Origin: Methanoregula sp.
GTDB lineage: Archaea > Halobacteriota > Methanomicrobia > Methanomicrobiales > Methanospirillaceae
Assembly (NCBI GenBank): GCA_026394695.1
Contig: JAPKXT010000227.1
Location: 1-45,347 of the forward strand
Direction: 5' to 3'
DNA length: 45,347 nt
Made by a program: the position numbers and the translations under genes. This document shows, piece by piece, positions 10,147-20,324 of this stretch. Each line of letters opens with the position of its first letter. Within the stretch, counting starts at the first letter, position 1. The notes beneath the pieces are model-generated. The model made no database searches, was not told the DNA's origin, and saw nothing but the letters and a program-made list of their open reading frames with translations.

Positions 10147-10300
10147 CAGTATCCGTTTCTTTATTGTTAATCCATATAAGTTTCTATTTTCCTCTCAATC
10201 CATGACGAGGATAATTTTCCAGCAACACAAAACATAAGTATATAAAGAATCTATGAAGGTCTTGGCACAATTTGCCTGTATGGTAAAATGAGGTGAAAAA

Positions 10301-10705
10301 ATGGTCAGACTTACTCCGGAAATGAAAGAAGTATTTGCCAAGCAAAAAGTATTTGCTGCTGCAACTGCCTCAAAGAATGCTATCCCTAACGTCGCGCCGG
10401 TTGCAACCGTCCAGCTCGTTGCGGACGATACCATCTGGATTGGAGACAATTACATGGTAAAGACGCTCGCAAACGTCAAAGAAAATCCTCACATGGCACT
10501 CTATATCTGGGATCCTGAAAAGAGGCGCTGTTTCCAGATTAAAGGCACCGTTACGGTAAAGACCAGCGGTCCGGAGTATGAGAAGATCAAAGCGCAGATC
10601 AAGGAAAAAGGAGCACACTATCCGGCAAAAGGGCTCCTCATTCTTTCAATCAGGGAAGTATTCGAATGCACCCCGGGTCAGAATGCCGGAAAAAAGATAG
10701 AATAA
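10301..10705 (+). CDS. Pyridoxamine 5'-phosphate oxidase-like flavin-binding protein
   Basis: ATAS...PNV, DNYM.KT..N..ENP, FQIKG and C-terminal TPG..AGK; SD GAGGTGA. Confidence 0.85.
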   Translation: MVRLTPEMKEVFAKQKVFAAATASKNAIPNVAPVATVQLVADDTIWIGDNYMVKTLANVKENPHMALYIWDPEKRRCFQIKGTVTVKTSGPEYEKIKAQIKEKGAHYPAKGLLILSIREVFECTPGQNAGKKIE

Positions 10706-10730
10706 AATTAATTTTTTGTTGAAGATATTT

Positions 10731-11933
10731 TTACTTTTTTGAGGTTTTTTGGTTTTTCAGGGTATGTACAAGTCGCGCCTGTAACCCGAAATACTGGGAG
10801 ACCCCGATCGCGTGGCACTGGTCAATGGATGCACTGTCAAACGACACAAGATCACTGGAATAAATTGCATCAGGAGAACTCCTGCCACGTACCCGGACAT
10901 TGCCCTTGTAGAGTTCGAGATCGACGCTCCCGTTCACCCGCTCCTGGGTTGTGCTGATGAAGGCATTCAGGGCGGCATAAAGCGGTTCGTAGACAAGGCC
11001 TTCATAGGCAAGTTCGGACCATTTGTCATCAACCATCCGCTTAAAGGCAAGTTCCTGCCGGGTCAGGATAAGTCCCTCGAGGTCCCTATGTGCCAGGAGA
11101 ATAACCGTTGCTGCAGGGTGCTCGTAATTCTCCCGAGCCTTGAGCCCGAGAATACGGTCTTCAATCATATCATTGCGGCCGATCCCGTGTTTTCCGGCCC
11201 GTTCATTCAGGTCCTGGATTAATTCATATCCACCAAGTTTCTTCCCGTTCAGGGCAACAGGAATACCGGCTTTAAATTCAATCCTGAGTTTTTCCGGTGT
11301 ATCGGGAGCTTTTTGTGCCGGTACTGTCCAGAGATAGATCTCTTCAGGGGGGTGATAGGCAGGATCTTCAAGCAGTCCGCCTTCAATGCTCCGGCTCCAG
11401 CAGTTCTCATCCATGCTCCATGGCTTGTCCTTTTTTACCGGGACCGGAATGTCATGCTGCCGTGCATATTCAATCTCCCAGTCCCGGGTCAGGTTCAGCT
11501 CGCGGATTGGTGCAACAACCTCCAGGCCGGCACCGCGGATAATTACATCAAACCTGAGCTGGTCGTTACCTTTACCCGTGCACCCGTGTGCAATCGCCGT
11601 TGCGCCCTCCTTGTGTGCAACCTTCACCACTTCTTCAGCTATGAGGGGGCGGGCAAGAGAGGTTCCCATCGGGTATCCCTCATAGGATCCATTCGCCCGG
11701 ATGGCCGGGAAGATGTACTCGTTTACAAATTTTTCCCGGGCATCGATGGTATAATGACGGTCCGCAAGTTTTTTTCCTTTTTTTGTTGCGATATCGATCT
11801 CATCATCCCGCTGACCAACGTGGACAGCAACAGTGACGATGCGATCATAATCATACCGTTCCTTTAAGAGCGGGATGCAGATGGAGGTGTCAAGCCCTCC
11901 TGAATATGCAAGAACTATAGTACCTTTTCCCAT
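10731..11933 (-). CDS. argG: Argininosuccinate synthase
   Basis: [25 protein letters not shown] and [14 protein letters not shown]. Confidence 0.97.
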   Translation of the reverse strand: MGKGTIVLAYSGGLDTSICIPLLKERYDYDRIVTVAVHVGQRDDEIDIATKKGKKLADRHYTIDAREKFVNEYIFPAIRANGSYEGYPMGTSLARPLIAEEVVKVAHKEGATAIAHGCTGKGNDQLRFDVIIRGAGLEVVAPIRELNLTRDWEIEYARQHDIPVPVKKDKPWSMDENCWSRSIEGGLLEDPAYHPPEEIYLWTVPAQKAPDTPEKLRIEFKAGIPVALNGKKLGGYELIQDLNERAGKHGIGRNDMIEDRILGLKARENYEHPAATVILLAHRDLEGLILTRQELAFKRMVDDKWSELAYEGLVYEPLYAALNAFISTTQERVNGSVDLELYKGNVRVRGRSSPDAIYSSDLVSFDSASIDQCHAIGVSQYFGLQARLVHTLKNQKTSKK

Positions 11934-12072
11934 GGTTGATACGCCACCCGGATAGTAATGGTATTCCGGTATGCAGTGAAAGCATATATTTTCGAGGGCA
12001 GAAGTTCAGGACACGGGCGTTACCGGAAGGAGGAGACATGAATTGGTGGGCAGAAGAACATAAAAAAGGGTT

Positions 12073-12095
12073 GTTCAGGCTGATTAATCCTGAAC
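12073..12095 (-). terminator. Hairpin followed by a T-tract downstream of the lipoprotein gene
   Basis: GTTCAGG-N9-CCTGAAC inverted repeat 16 nt past the stop codon, followed on the minus strand by AACCCTTTTTT. Confidence 0.45.
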
Positions 12096-12111
12096 GATTA
12101 TTGATTCTGAC

Positions 12112-12591
12112 TTACTTTATGACGATAATCTGTCCAGCTAGTTGTGGCTGGCCTGCAGTTGTGTAATCGAAATTGCCAACTTTGCTAAAGGTCACATTAA
12201 AGGTCTTTCCAGGGAGAATTGATTCCATTGACCCAAAACTACTGGATATAATACCATGTTGGAAGCCAGTCGCATAGTCATTGTTCTTCCAGACCACTTT
12301 GTCGCCAACATGTACATATACTGTTGTGCCTGGGGTTATTGTCATTTGAGAATTGAATGTAATCGTGACGGTTGGCTGCGGGGTCGGTGTCGGAGTTGGT
12401 GTCGGGGGTGCTGTGGTGTTCACGACTACAACTGCCGTAGTTGGTACCGGGGTCGGGGGAACCGTTGTAACAACGGTTGTTGGAACTGGGGTTGGTGTGG
12501 GTGTAGCTACAGGTGCTGGAGGCTGGGATGTACAGCCCGCGAGAAGAATCCCGATAAACAGGATCGCGAGAACAACAAAAATTTTCTTCAT
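12112..12591 (-). CDS. Lipoprotein with Pro/Thr-rich linker and cupredoxin-like domain lacking type-1 Cu ligands
   Basis: Signal peptide with lipobox LLAGC, PT/VTT-rich linker, and a VGDKVVWKNND...H...PGKTF..TF...G.FDY plastocyanin-like pattern. Confidence 0.8.
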   Translation of the reverse strand: MKKIFVVLAILFIGILLAGCTSQPPAPVATPTPTPVPTTVVTTVPPTPVPTTAVVVVNTTAPPTPTPTPTPQPTVTITFNSQMTITPGTTVYVHVGDKVVWKNNDYATGFQHGIISSSFGSMESILPGKTFNVTFSKVGNFDYTTAGQPQLAGQIIVIK

Positions 12592-12742
12592 GCATCATTT
12601 TTTGCTATTTCGGTATATAAGGATATTCAATTAATGTGTAGTGTACACAGCGTTTTATTGAATGATAATGAGCAATAATTATGAAAAAATATGATGAAAA
12701 AATGGTGTATAATTAACAGATTTCGGGAAATGTATACCGTGT

Positions 12743-15700
12743 TTACTTCAGATAATGGCTGAGCGGTTCGAGGGTAAGCTTCTCACGCTTGATTGCATCA
12801 ATCGCAAGTGCTGCCGCACGCGCTCCCTGAAGCGTAGTGATATACGGGATCCCAAAATCCACAGCCGATCGCATGATCTGGTAGTGGTCCTGACGGGATT
12901 GCTTGTCCTGGGGAGTATTGATGATAAGGCGGATCTCGCCATGCCGCATCATATCAAGCACGTTAGGGGAACCTTCCTGTAATTTCCTTACCAGGTGCGC
13001 TTCAACACCCGCTTCATACAGGTAATCGACGGTTCCTTCAGTTCCGTATAACACGAGCCCGAGATCCCGCAGCTGCCGTGCGATCGGGATCACCTCATCT
13101 TTCTGCTCTATATTGACCGAGATGAAGATATTGCCTTTAAGCGGGAGTTCATTATCCGCTGAAATGCATGCCTTGTAAAACGCAAGACCGAAGTCGTAAT
13201 CTATCCCCATCACTTCACCGGTGCTTTTCATTTCGGGGCCAAGCATGGTATCGACGCCGGCAAGCTTATTGAAGGGAAGCAGCACCTCTTTGACTGCAAC
13301 GTGTTCTATCACACGCTCCTGATAGCCAAGATCGCGCAGTTTCTTTCCTACCATAACTTTCGCTGCAATTTTGGCAATTGGTATTCCGGTGGCCTTTGAT
13401 ACAAACGGCACGGTGCGGCTTGCACGCGGATTTGCTTCGAGTACGTAGACCACGTTATCCTTTACCGCAAGCTGGAGGTTGACAAGTCCCACCACCCCAA
13501 GCCCGAGTGCTATCTTTTTTGTATATTCCCGTATCGTATCCAAAACCGCCAGAGAGAGCGACTGGGTCGGTATAACGCATGCGGAATCTCCGGAGTGAAT
13601 ACCCGCCTGCTCAATGTGTTCCATGATACCCCCGATAAGGACCTCCTCACCATCGCAGACTGCATCAACATCGAGTTCGATGGCATTCTGGAGAAAGGAA
13701 TCGATGAGCACCGGATGGTTTTTGCTGACCCGGACTGCCTCTTTCATGTAAGTTTCGAGTTCATGCTCATCGTGAACGATCTCCATCGCCCTGCCGCCAA
13801 GAACATACGATGGCCTGACAAGTACCGGATATCCGATCCGCTCTGCCATAGCCTTGGCATCCCCTTCAGAATACGCAGAGCTGTTCGCCGGACTGGGAAT
13901 GTTGAGTTTATGCAGGAGCACGCTGAAACGGTCGCGGTCCTCTGCAATATCCATAGCATCCGGACTTGTCCCGAGAATTCTGGTTTTAAGACCCAGCCGT
14001 TTGATCTCTTCTTCAATCGGGACTGCAAGATTTACGGCATTCTGTCCGCCAAACTGCACCATCACGCCATAATAATAATCTTTTTTTAAGATGTTTACAA
14101 CATCTTCGAGCTGCATCGGTTCAAAAAAGAGCCGGTCTGACGTATCAAAGTCCGTAGACACTGTTTCGGGATTGTTATTGACAATGTGTACCTCGACCCC
14201 CTCATCGCGCAGCGCCTGGACTGCGTGGACAGTGCAGTAATCAAACTCGATTCCCTGCCCGATGCGGATGGGACCGGAACCGAGAATAAGGACTTTCTGT
14301 CGGTCACTGGGAATAATCTCGCATCCAGGTTCCCACGTAGAATAGAAATACGGTGTACTGGCGGGGAACTCCGCTGCACAGGTATCCACCATTTTATAGG
14401 AAGGAAGACCGGCAATTATCTCGATCTCTTCAAAGGGTTTTCCGGTAATCCGTGCAATCTCGGTATTAGAGAATCCATATTTTTTTGCTGTCAGAATATC
14501 CTCAGCTTCACTGTGTTCTGCAAGGTATTTTTCCAGGTCAACTATGTTTTTAATCTTCTCTAAAAAGAAGGGGAGGATAGAGGTAAGCTGGGTGACTTCC
14601 TCAAGAGTAAAATTTTGGCGGAAGGCATCAAAAAGGCAGTGGAACCGTTCATCGGTCGGCCGCGAGAGGATCATGCGGATCTCGCTTGGGCTTGTATGGG
14701 AGATGACATCGGTATCAATCGAGCGTTTTGCCTTCATGAAGGCTTCCTCGAGTGTCCGGCCAATCGCCATGACTTCCCCCGTGCTCTTCATCGAAGTTGT
14801 AAGCGTCCGGTCCGCTCCCTTGAACTTGTCAAAGGGCCAGCGGGGGACTTTGGCAACGATATAATCAATGGTTGGTTCAAACGATGCAGGAGTACAACCA
14901 GTAACGGTATTCGTGATCTCATCAAGCCGAAGCCCGATAGCAATCTTTGCTGCTACCCGGGCGATAGGATAGCCTGTTGCTTTTGATGCAAGTGCGGATG
15001 AACGTGAAACACGGGGATTTACCTCGATGACCCGGTAATCCCCGTCAAGGAACGCGAATTGTACGTTGCAGCCCCCCTGCACACCGAGTGCCCTGATGAT
15101 ATGGATAGCAGCACTCCGCATCATCTGGAATTCATCGTCACGAAGGGTGAGGATCGGAGCAACAACCACACTTTCTCCGGTATGGATGCCCATAGGGTCC
15201 ACATTTTCCATCCCGCAGACAATGATGCAGGTATCGGCAGCATCGCGCATAACCTCGAATTCGAGCTCTTTCCAGCCCAGGACGCTCTCTTCGATGAGTA
15301 CCTGGTGGATCCGTGAGCGGGCGAGTCCGAGTTCGATGATCCGGATCAACTCCTCTTTTGTCTTCCCGATCCCTCCGCCGGCTCCTCCAAGGGTATATGC
15401 CGGGCGAACGACCGCCGGCAACCCGATGGTTTTGATTGCCTCATCGACCTGGCTTAACGAATTGAGGATAATGCTTTTTGGGACCGGTTCACCGATCTCC
15501 GTCATGAGATCGCGGAATTTCTCCCGATCTTCACCTTTATAAATTGCCTCGAGGGGTGTCCCGAGGATCTCCACACCCGCAAGCGCTCCCATCTCGGCGA
15601 GCTCGACAGTAAGATTAAGACCGGTCTGCCCCCCCATGCCGGAAAGGATACCATCCGGTTTTTCCTTCTCGATGATTTTTGCGATAACATCAGCCCGGAG

Positions 15701-15904
15701 AGGTTCGATATAGATTTCATCCGCCATCTCCGGGTCTGTCATGATTGTTGCAGGATTTGAATTGACAAGGACGACGTTTATTCCCTCTTCACGGAGTGCC
15801 CTGCATGCCTGGGACCCGGAAAAATCAAATTCTGCAGCCTGCCCGATCTGGATCGGACCTGACCCGATCATGAGGACCTTTTTAATATCTGCCCTTTTGG
15901 GCAT
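12743..15904 (-). CDS. carB: Carbamoyl-phosphate synthase large subunit
   Basis: IGSGPIQIGQAAEFDFSG, duplicated ATP-grasp halves (LGSGPIRIGQGIEFDYC) and C-terminal MGS domain. Confidence 0.98.
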   Translation of the reverse strand: MPKRADIKKVLMIGSGPIQIGQAAEFDFSGSQACRALREEGINVVLVNSNPATIMTDPEMADEIYIEPLRADVIAKIIEKEKPDGILSGMGGQTGLNLTVELAEMGALAGVEILGTPLEAIYKGEDREKFRDLMTEIGEPVPKSIILNSLSQVDEAIKTIGLPAVVRPAYTLGGAGGGIGKTKEELIRIIELGLARSRIHQVLIEESVLGWKELEFEVMRDAADTCIIVCGMENVDPMGIHTGESVVVAPILTLRDDEFQMMRSAAIHIIRALGVQGGCNVQFAFLDGDYRVIEVNPRVSRSSALASKATGYPIARVAAKIAIGLRLDEITNTVTGCTPASFEPTIDYIVAKVPRWPFDKFKGADRTLTTSMKSTGEVMAIGRTLEEAFMKAKRSIDTDVISHTSPSEIRMILSRPTDERFHCLFDAFRQNFTLEEVTQLTSILPFFLEKIKNIVDLEKYLAEHSEAEDILTAKKYGFSNTEIARITGKPFEEIEIIAGLPSYKMVDTCAAEFPASTPYFYSTWEPGCEIIPSDRQKVLILGSGPIRIGQGIEFDYCTVHAVQALRDEGVEVHIVNNNPETVSTDFDTSDRLFFEPMQLEDVVNILKKDYYYGVMVQFGGQNAVNLAVPIEEEIKRLGLKTRILGTSPDAMDIAEDRDRFSVLLHKLNIPSPANSSAYSEGDAKAMAERIGYPVLVRPSYVLGGRAMEIVHDEHELETYMKEAVRVSKNHPVLIDSFLQNAIELDVDAVCDGEEVLIGGIMEHIEQAGIHSGDSACVIPTQSLSLAVLDTIREYTKKIALGLGVVGLVNLQLAVKDNVVYVLEANPRASRTVPFVSKATGIPIAKIAAKVMVGKKLRDLGYQERVIEHVAVKEVLLPFNKLAGVDTMLGPEMKSTGEVMGIDYDFGLAFYKACISADNELPLKGNIFISVNIEQKDEVIPIARQLRDLGLVLYGTEGTVDYLYEAGVEAHLVRKLQEGSPNVLDMMRHGEIRLIINTPQDKQSRQDHYQIMRSAVDFGIPYITTLQGARAAALAIDAIKREKLTLEPLSHYLK

Positions 15905-16959
15905 CAGGATATCCTCCTGAACATCGCGTCGAAAAAGTGTGCTTCTGTATCCCGGGGACCACCATGGGCTTCAGGGTGGAACTGGACTGTCGTGAGGTTA
16001 AGGTCCTGGTTTTCAAATCCTTCTAAGGTATCGTCATTCACATTTGTGTAAGAAACCCTGCAACCCTCAGGAAGGGAATGTGCATCCACCGCAAACCCGT
16101 GGTTCTGGGTCGTGATAAAAATCCTCCCGTCTTTAAACCGGACAGGCTGGTTGGCGCCCCGGTGCCCGAACTTAAGTTTGTAAGTATCTCCTCCAAGCGC
16201 TAATGCACAGACCTGATTTCCCATGCATATACCAAAGACAGGCAACTGGCCGAGAAGATCCTTTATACATTGAATCGCATCCGTTGCCTGTTTGGGATCA
16301 CCGGGCCCGTTACTGATGAAGAGTGCATCGGGTTTACAGGCAAGAACCTGATCGGCATTAACATCATAGGGAAAGACATGGAGATCGCCATGCCGCTTTG
16401 TAAGGCTGGCAATCATATTCTTTTTTATTCCCAGATCAATCACTGCAATTCGTTTTCCGCTGCCATGTATGTGGTATGGCTCTTTACAGGAGACTTCCGG
16501 GATGGGTACAATATCTGAAATTGAGGGAGTTCTGCGGGCCCGTTGTATTGCATATTCTCCATCATCGTTTCCAACCACAAGAGCCGCCCGCATTGTTCCG
16601 TGAACACGGGTCTTGATGGTCAGTGCACGGGTGTCAACTCCACTCATGCCAAGGAGACAGTTCTCTTCAAAAAAGGATCGGATTGAAGGCTGGGCAGAGG
16701 GTTTCTCGCAGATCTCTTTGGTTATACAACCGAGAGCGCATACATGAGGGTTCTGGAAATTCTGCCGGTCAACGCCATAATTGCCGATGAGGGGAAAAGT
16801 GAACATCAGGATCTGACCGAAATAACTTGGATCGGTAAGGGATTCCATATACCCGGTCATCTGCGTATTGAACACGAGTTCACCGGAGCACTCCCCTTCA
16901 ACCCCAAATCCCTCCCCTAGAACAAATTGTCCATCTTCGAGACCCAGAACCGCCTTCAT
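15904..16959 (-). CDS. carA: Carbamoyl-phosphate synthase small subunit
   Basis: GELVFNT.MTGY.ESLTDPSY, SNGPGDP, GICMG and QFHPE; TGATG coupling to carB. Alternative start at 16968. Confidence 0.97.
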   Translation of the reverse strand: MKAVLGLEDGQFVLGEGFGVEGECSGELVFNTQMTGYMESLTDPSYFGQILMFTFPLIGNYGVDRQNFQNPHVCALGCITKEICEKPSAQPSIRSFFEENCLLGMSGVDTRALTIKTRVHGTMRAALVVGNDDGEYAIQRARRTPSISDIVPIPEVSCKEPYHIHGSGKRIAVIDLGIKKNMIASLTKRHGDLHVFPYDVNADQVLACKPDALFISNGPGDPKQATDAIQCIKDLLGQLPVFGICMGNQVCALALGGDTYKLKFGHRGANQPVRFKDGRIFITTQNHGFAVDAHSLPEGCRVSYTNVNDDTLEGFENQDLNLTTVQFHPEAHGGPRDTEAHFFDAMFRRIS

Positions 16960-17182
16960 GATTTCCATATGTAATGTGCCTGAATAGTTATTAACGATAA
17001 TGCAGGTACCAGGAGTTTCTCAATTCGTAAAATATCCATCGTCCAGCACTACCCAGGATTCTTCAGTATCCTATAACGGAAAGAGGGGGAGTCCATTAAA
17101 AAACAGGTGCCTGCACGGATACGAATAAAAAGGACAAGTGTCGATATACAAATGTCTCTAAGACTATGTGAGGTAAAAACAC

Positions 17183-17675
17183 ATGGGAACCTTTGGAAGA
17201 AAGATTGTTGATACCGATGTTGAAGATCTCGTGAAGATCCTCAACAAGGCATTTTCCGATGAATGGCTTGCATATTACCAGTACTGGATCGGCTCAAAGA
17301 TTGTCCGCGGGCCGAACAAAGAAGCAGTTATTGCCGAGCTGACGCTGCATGCAACCGAAGAACTCGGGCATGCAGTTCTGCTCACCACGCGCATTATCCA
17401 GCTGGGAGGAACACCGGTCACAAAACCGCAGGACTGGTATAAACTCACGAACTGTGGCTATGATGCTCCCGATGACCCGTATGTGATCAAGGTGCTCGAA
17501 CAGAACATCAAAGGTGAGCAGTGCGCCATCAAGAGTTACAACAGCCTGTTGAAAAAGACCAGAGATAAGGACCCGGTTACATATCGTGCTTGGGATCCTC
17601 CAGATGGAAGTTGAGCACGAGGAGGACCTGCAGGCACTCCTTGAAGATATCACTGTGATGATGAAGAATCGTTGA
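17183..17675 (+). pseudogene. DPS-like thioferritin (DpsL) with frameshift at ~17582
   Basis: DEWLAYYQYW, EE..HA, RIIQLGG.P and Cys pair (NCGY, EQCAI). The C-terminal helix IVLGILQMEVEHEEDLQALLEDI...KNR* continues in another frame from 17583 to TGA 17673-17675. Confidence 0.85.
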
Positions 17676-17948
17676 TATTCTTCTTCATCCTTTTCTCGTC
17701 CTTAAAAAACATGTAATTTTTTTATCTCATCCTTATGGTTGAGAATCAAAAAACCTCCTGTTCATCCACTCCGGGAGATGATATATGACGTAAATCTCCT
17801 CCTCTTTTTATGTATCGTGCAACATTTCTACCACTTCATCTTCCCTTATTCAGGAATAAAAATCCCGTCATTCCACTTGTCGAAGTACACCTCTAACATA
17901 TATAGTAATTACAGCAATCTCCATGAACGGGATGCGTGGGGTTTTTTC

Positions 17949-18227
17949 ATGGTTGTCGAACACGTAAACGGGAAAAAGAAAGGGAACATCATGCTGTATG
18001 CCCTGAGTACCTGCGGGTGGTGTGCGAGGACAAAAGAATTATTACGGACACTCGGGGTAGAATTTAATTATATCTATGTGGATCTCCTTGAGGGAAAAGA
18101 GCAGGATGATATGATGAATGAGGTCGAGAGATGGAACCTGAAGGGTTCATTTCCGACGCTGGTCATCAAAGATAAGACAAGTATTATCGGATTCCGTGAA
18201 GATGAAATACGGGAGGCCCTGAAATAA
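17949..18227 (+). CDS. Glutaredoxin-like protein (methanoredoxin type)
   Basis: [10 protein letters not shown], cis-Pro motif SFPT and IIGF.E; start placed at ATG 17949. Confidence 0.9.
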   Translation: MVVEHVNGKKKGNIMLYALSTCGWCARTKELLRTLGVEFNYIYVDLLEGKEQDDMMNEVERWNLKGSFPTLVIKDKTSIIGFREDEIREALK

Positions 18228-18742
18228 TGAATCCGGCAGGTATCGTGGAAAAAGAGATCGACCGGATATATATAATCATTAAAAAGGAGGCAGAAGGCGG
18301 GGGATACTTCCTGAACCCTGATGTTGACTTCACGAAAAATCTCGTACGGGGGCTGCTGATAAATGAGCAGCGCTATGGGTATCGTGCCTGCCCCTGCCGT
18401 CTCGCTTCGGGAAAGAAAGTTGAAGACCTTGATATTATCTGCCCCTGCAATTACCGTGATCCCGATCTTGATGACTTTGGCGCCTGCTACTGTGCGCTCT
18501 ATGTCAGCAGTGCAATAGCCGGAGGCAAAGCGCAGGAAGCACCCGTTCCCGAACGACGGCCACCACGATCTGAGCGCGGTAAAAAGAAAGTGGTGCAGAC
18601 CATCCCGGTTGCCCCTGCATTATCCCTGCCACTCCCGGTATGGCGTTGTAGTGTCTGCGGGTATCTCTGCGCCCGCGAACAACCCCCGGAAATCTGCCCA
18701 ATCTGCAAAGTGACAAAAGAGCGGTTTGAACGGTTCATGTAA
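18227..18742 (+). CDS. Ferredoxin:thioredoxin reductase-like ferredoxin:disulfide reductase with C-terminal rubredoxin domain
   Basis: YG..ACPCR, ICPC and CYC.LY motifs, then WRCSVCGY...CPIC; TAATG coupling to the glutaredoxin gene. Confidence 0.92.
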   Translation: MNPAGIVEKEIDRIYIIIKKEAEGGGYFLNPDVDFTKNLVRGLLINEQRYGYRACPCRLASGKKVEDLDIICPCNYRDPDLDDFGACYCALYVSSAIAGGKAQEAPVPERRPPRSERGKKKVVQTIPVAPALSLPLPVWRCSVCGYLCAREQPPEICPICKVTKERFERFM

Positions 18743-18948
18743 CTACCCCTTTTTTACCGGGCTGACCGATTTGAGATCATGATAAATAACGTCTGCGTGG
18801 AGTTGAGGAATGGGGAAAACGACGAGTAATAAACGGGAATTTATTTGCATGATTTGTCGGTTTTACCTATCCCTTTGAAGAGGAACAGACCGCGCCCTGC
18901 TGCCATGTTCCCAATCCTGATATAATACAGATATCCTATAGTACGGGT

Positions 18949-19287
18949 ATGGCAGGCACCATCCAAATAGAGATCATCGGCCTGAAAAATGCTGAGTGCT
19001 GCCCGTTTCCCTGCGAGGAGAACCGAACCTGTGGTCTCTCTGCATGCTTTCCAACGGGTAAACTTACGTCTGCGTTTGATGCACTGGCTGCAGAACTCAA
19101 AAACGAGTACGGTGGCCGGGTGGAGCTCAAGCTCACGCTGGTTGATGATCATGTACCGGATTATGTAAAAAATCTTATAGAAACTGACTATCCCCCGCTG
19201 CCAATCGTGCTGGTGAACAAAAAACTCACCCGTATCGGGCGCATCGCGCTGGACCGGATAAAAAAAGAGATTGAAAAAGAATTTTAA
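18949..19287 (+). CDS. Hypothetical Cys-rich protein, probably thioredoxin-like fold
   Basis: CCPFPC....TCGLSAC cluster and a late LPIVLVN motif; ORF fills the gap and converges on the carbonic anhydrase gene. Confidence 0.65.
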   Translation: MAGTIQIEIIGLKNAECCPFPCEENRTCGLSACFPTGKLTSAFDALAAELKNEYGGRVELKLTLVDDHVPDYVKNLIETDYPPLPIVLVNKKLTRIGRIALDRIKKEIEKEF

Positions 19288-19869
19288 TTATTCAATTCTT
19301 GAGAGTACACCGGTAGCAAGATCGTAATAGAGGCCGTGAACCTGCACTCTCTTCTCTTCGACTGCTTTTTTCAGCAGGGGGTATGTATGCAGGTGTTCGA
19401 TCTGGAGTCTCACGTTCTCCAGTTCAATCTGGCGGTACCTCTCCTCCTTTTCGAGCACGGTTGTCGGGGGAGTGATCTTTTTATCCACCCGCTCTTTTGC
19501 CTCACGGGCGTTGTTCAGCCAGAGCGGTATGTAAGAATCAGTACTATCCTTATCGAGTGCCCGGATCGCACCGCAGTTTGAATGCCCGCAGATGACCACA
19601 TCCTGAACTTTGAGGTGCACAACTGCGTATTCCAGTACGGTGGCAAAGTTCCAGTCGTGGATTGGTACGATATTCCCGATATTTCTCTGGATGAACAGTT
19701 CCCCCGCTTTTGCCTGGGTGATATGCCCTGTCTGGAGTCGTGAGTCCGAGCACCCTATCCAGAGCACCGTTGGGTGCTGACTGGATGCCAGTTCGCGGTA
19801 GTAGTCAATATTCGGGGTAAAATCAGATTCCCTGAACTTATAATTTCCCAGTAATAATTTGTCGATCAT
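19288..19869 (-). CDS. Beta-class carbonic anhydrase
   Basis: WIGCSDSR, RNIGN, EYAV..L and CGHSNCGA zinc-binding motifs; GAGGAG upstream. Confidence 0.95.
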   Translation of the reverse strand: MIDKLLLGNYKFRESDFTPNIDYYRELASSQHPTVLWIGCSDSRLQTGHITQAKAGELFIQRNIGNIVPIHDWNFATVLEYAVVHLKVQDVVICGHSNCGAIRALDKDSTDSYIPLWLNNAREAKERVDKKITPPTTVLEKEERYRQIELENVRLQIEHLHTYPLLKKAVEEKRVQVHGLYYDLATGVLSRIE

Positions 19870-20324
19870 TGTATAGCATTCTCCTCAGTTGATGGCAACT
19901 CCCCATTACACTCGCCTCAGGCAGTTTGCCGTAGTGTTCAGTCATACGGAAAATAGTTAAATTTTGTGTTTTTACTCCTGAACTTGTGGATTAGGATAAA
20001 AATGGGGGATACCCCGCAGTTTTTTGCACTTTTTTTATAAAAAACCTCAAAATGTTCTCTACGCGCATGAAACGCGATAATCGATATTTAGTGTCGGATT
20101 TTCCATCAGGGCAATTTTTTTGTAAAATGACGGGATCACCTGTTCCTATTCAATAAGCAGTCTGACCATTTTTTTAAAAAAACCGGATTTTCCCTGACAT
20201 CCGGCAGATGCTTTTATGCCTCTGAAGTGGTAACATAAAGAAATTGACATCCAAACGATGATCTGAATGGACGATTACCCTTATTGTATCACTACCCGAA
20301 TAACTGGTTTTGTGGAGGTGCCGT

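Noticed and set aside
12370-12510. Repetitive GGTGT/GGGGT tract as a tandem repeat or CRISPR array
   Set aside because: It is the coding sequence of the Pro/Thr linker. No repeat-spacer array or cas genes were seen anywhere in the window.
19893-19931. c-di-GMP-I (GEMM) riboswitch suggested by GGCAAAC...GUUGCC
   Set aside because: Only about 25 nt separate the two halves, and the GAAA tetraloop, GACGCAAAG and P3 elements are missing.
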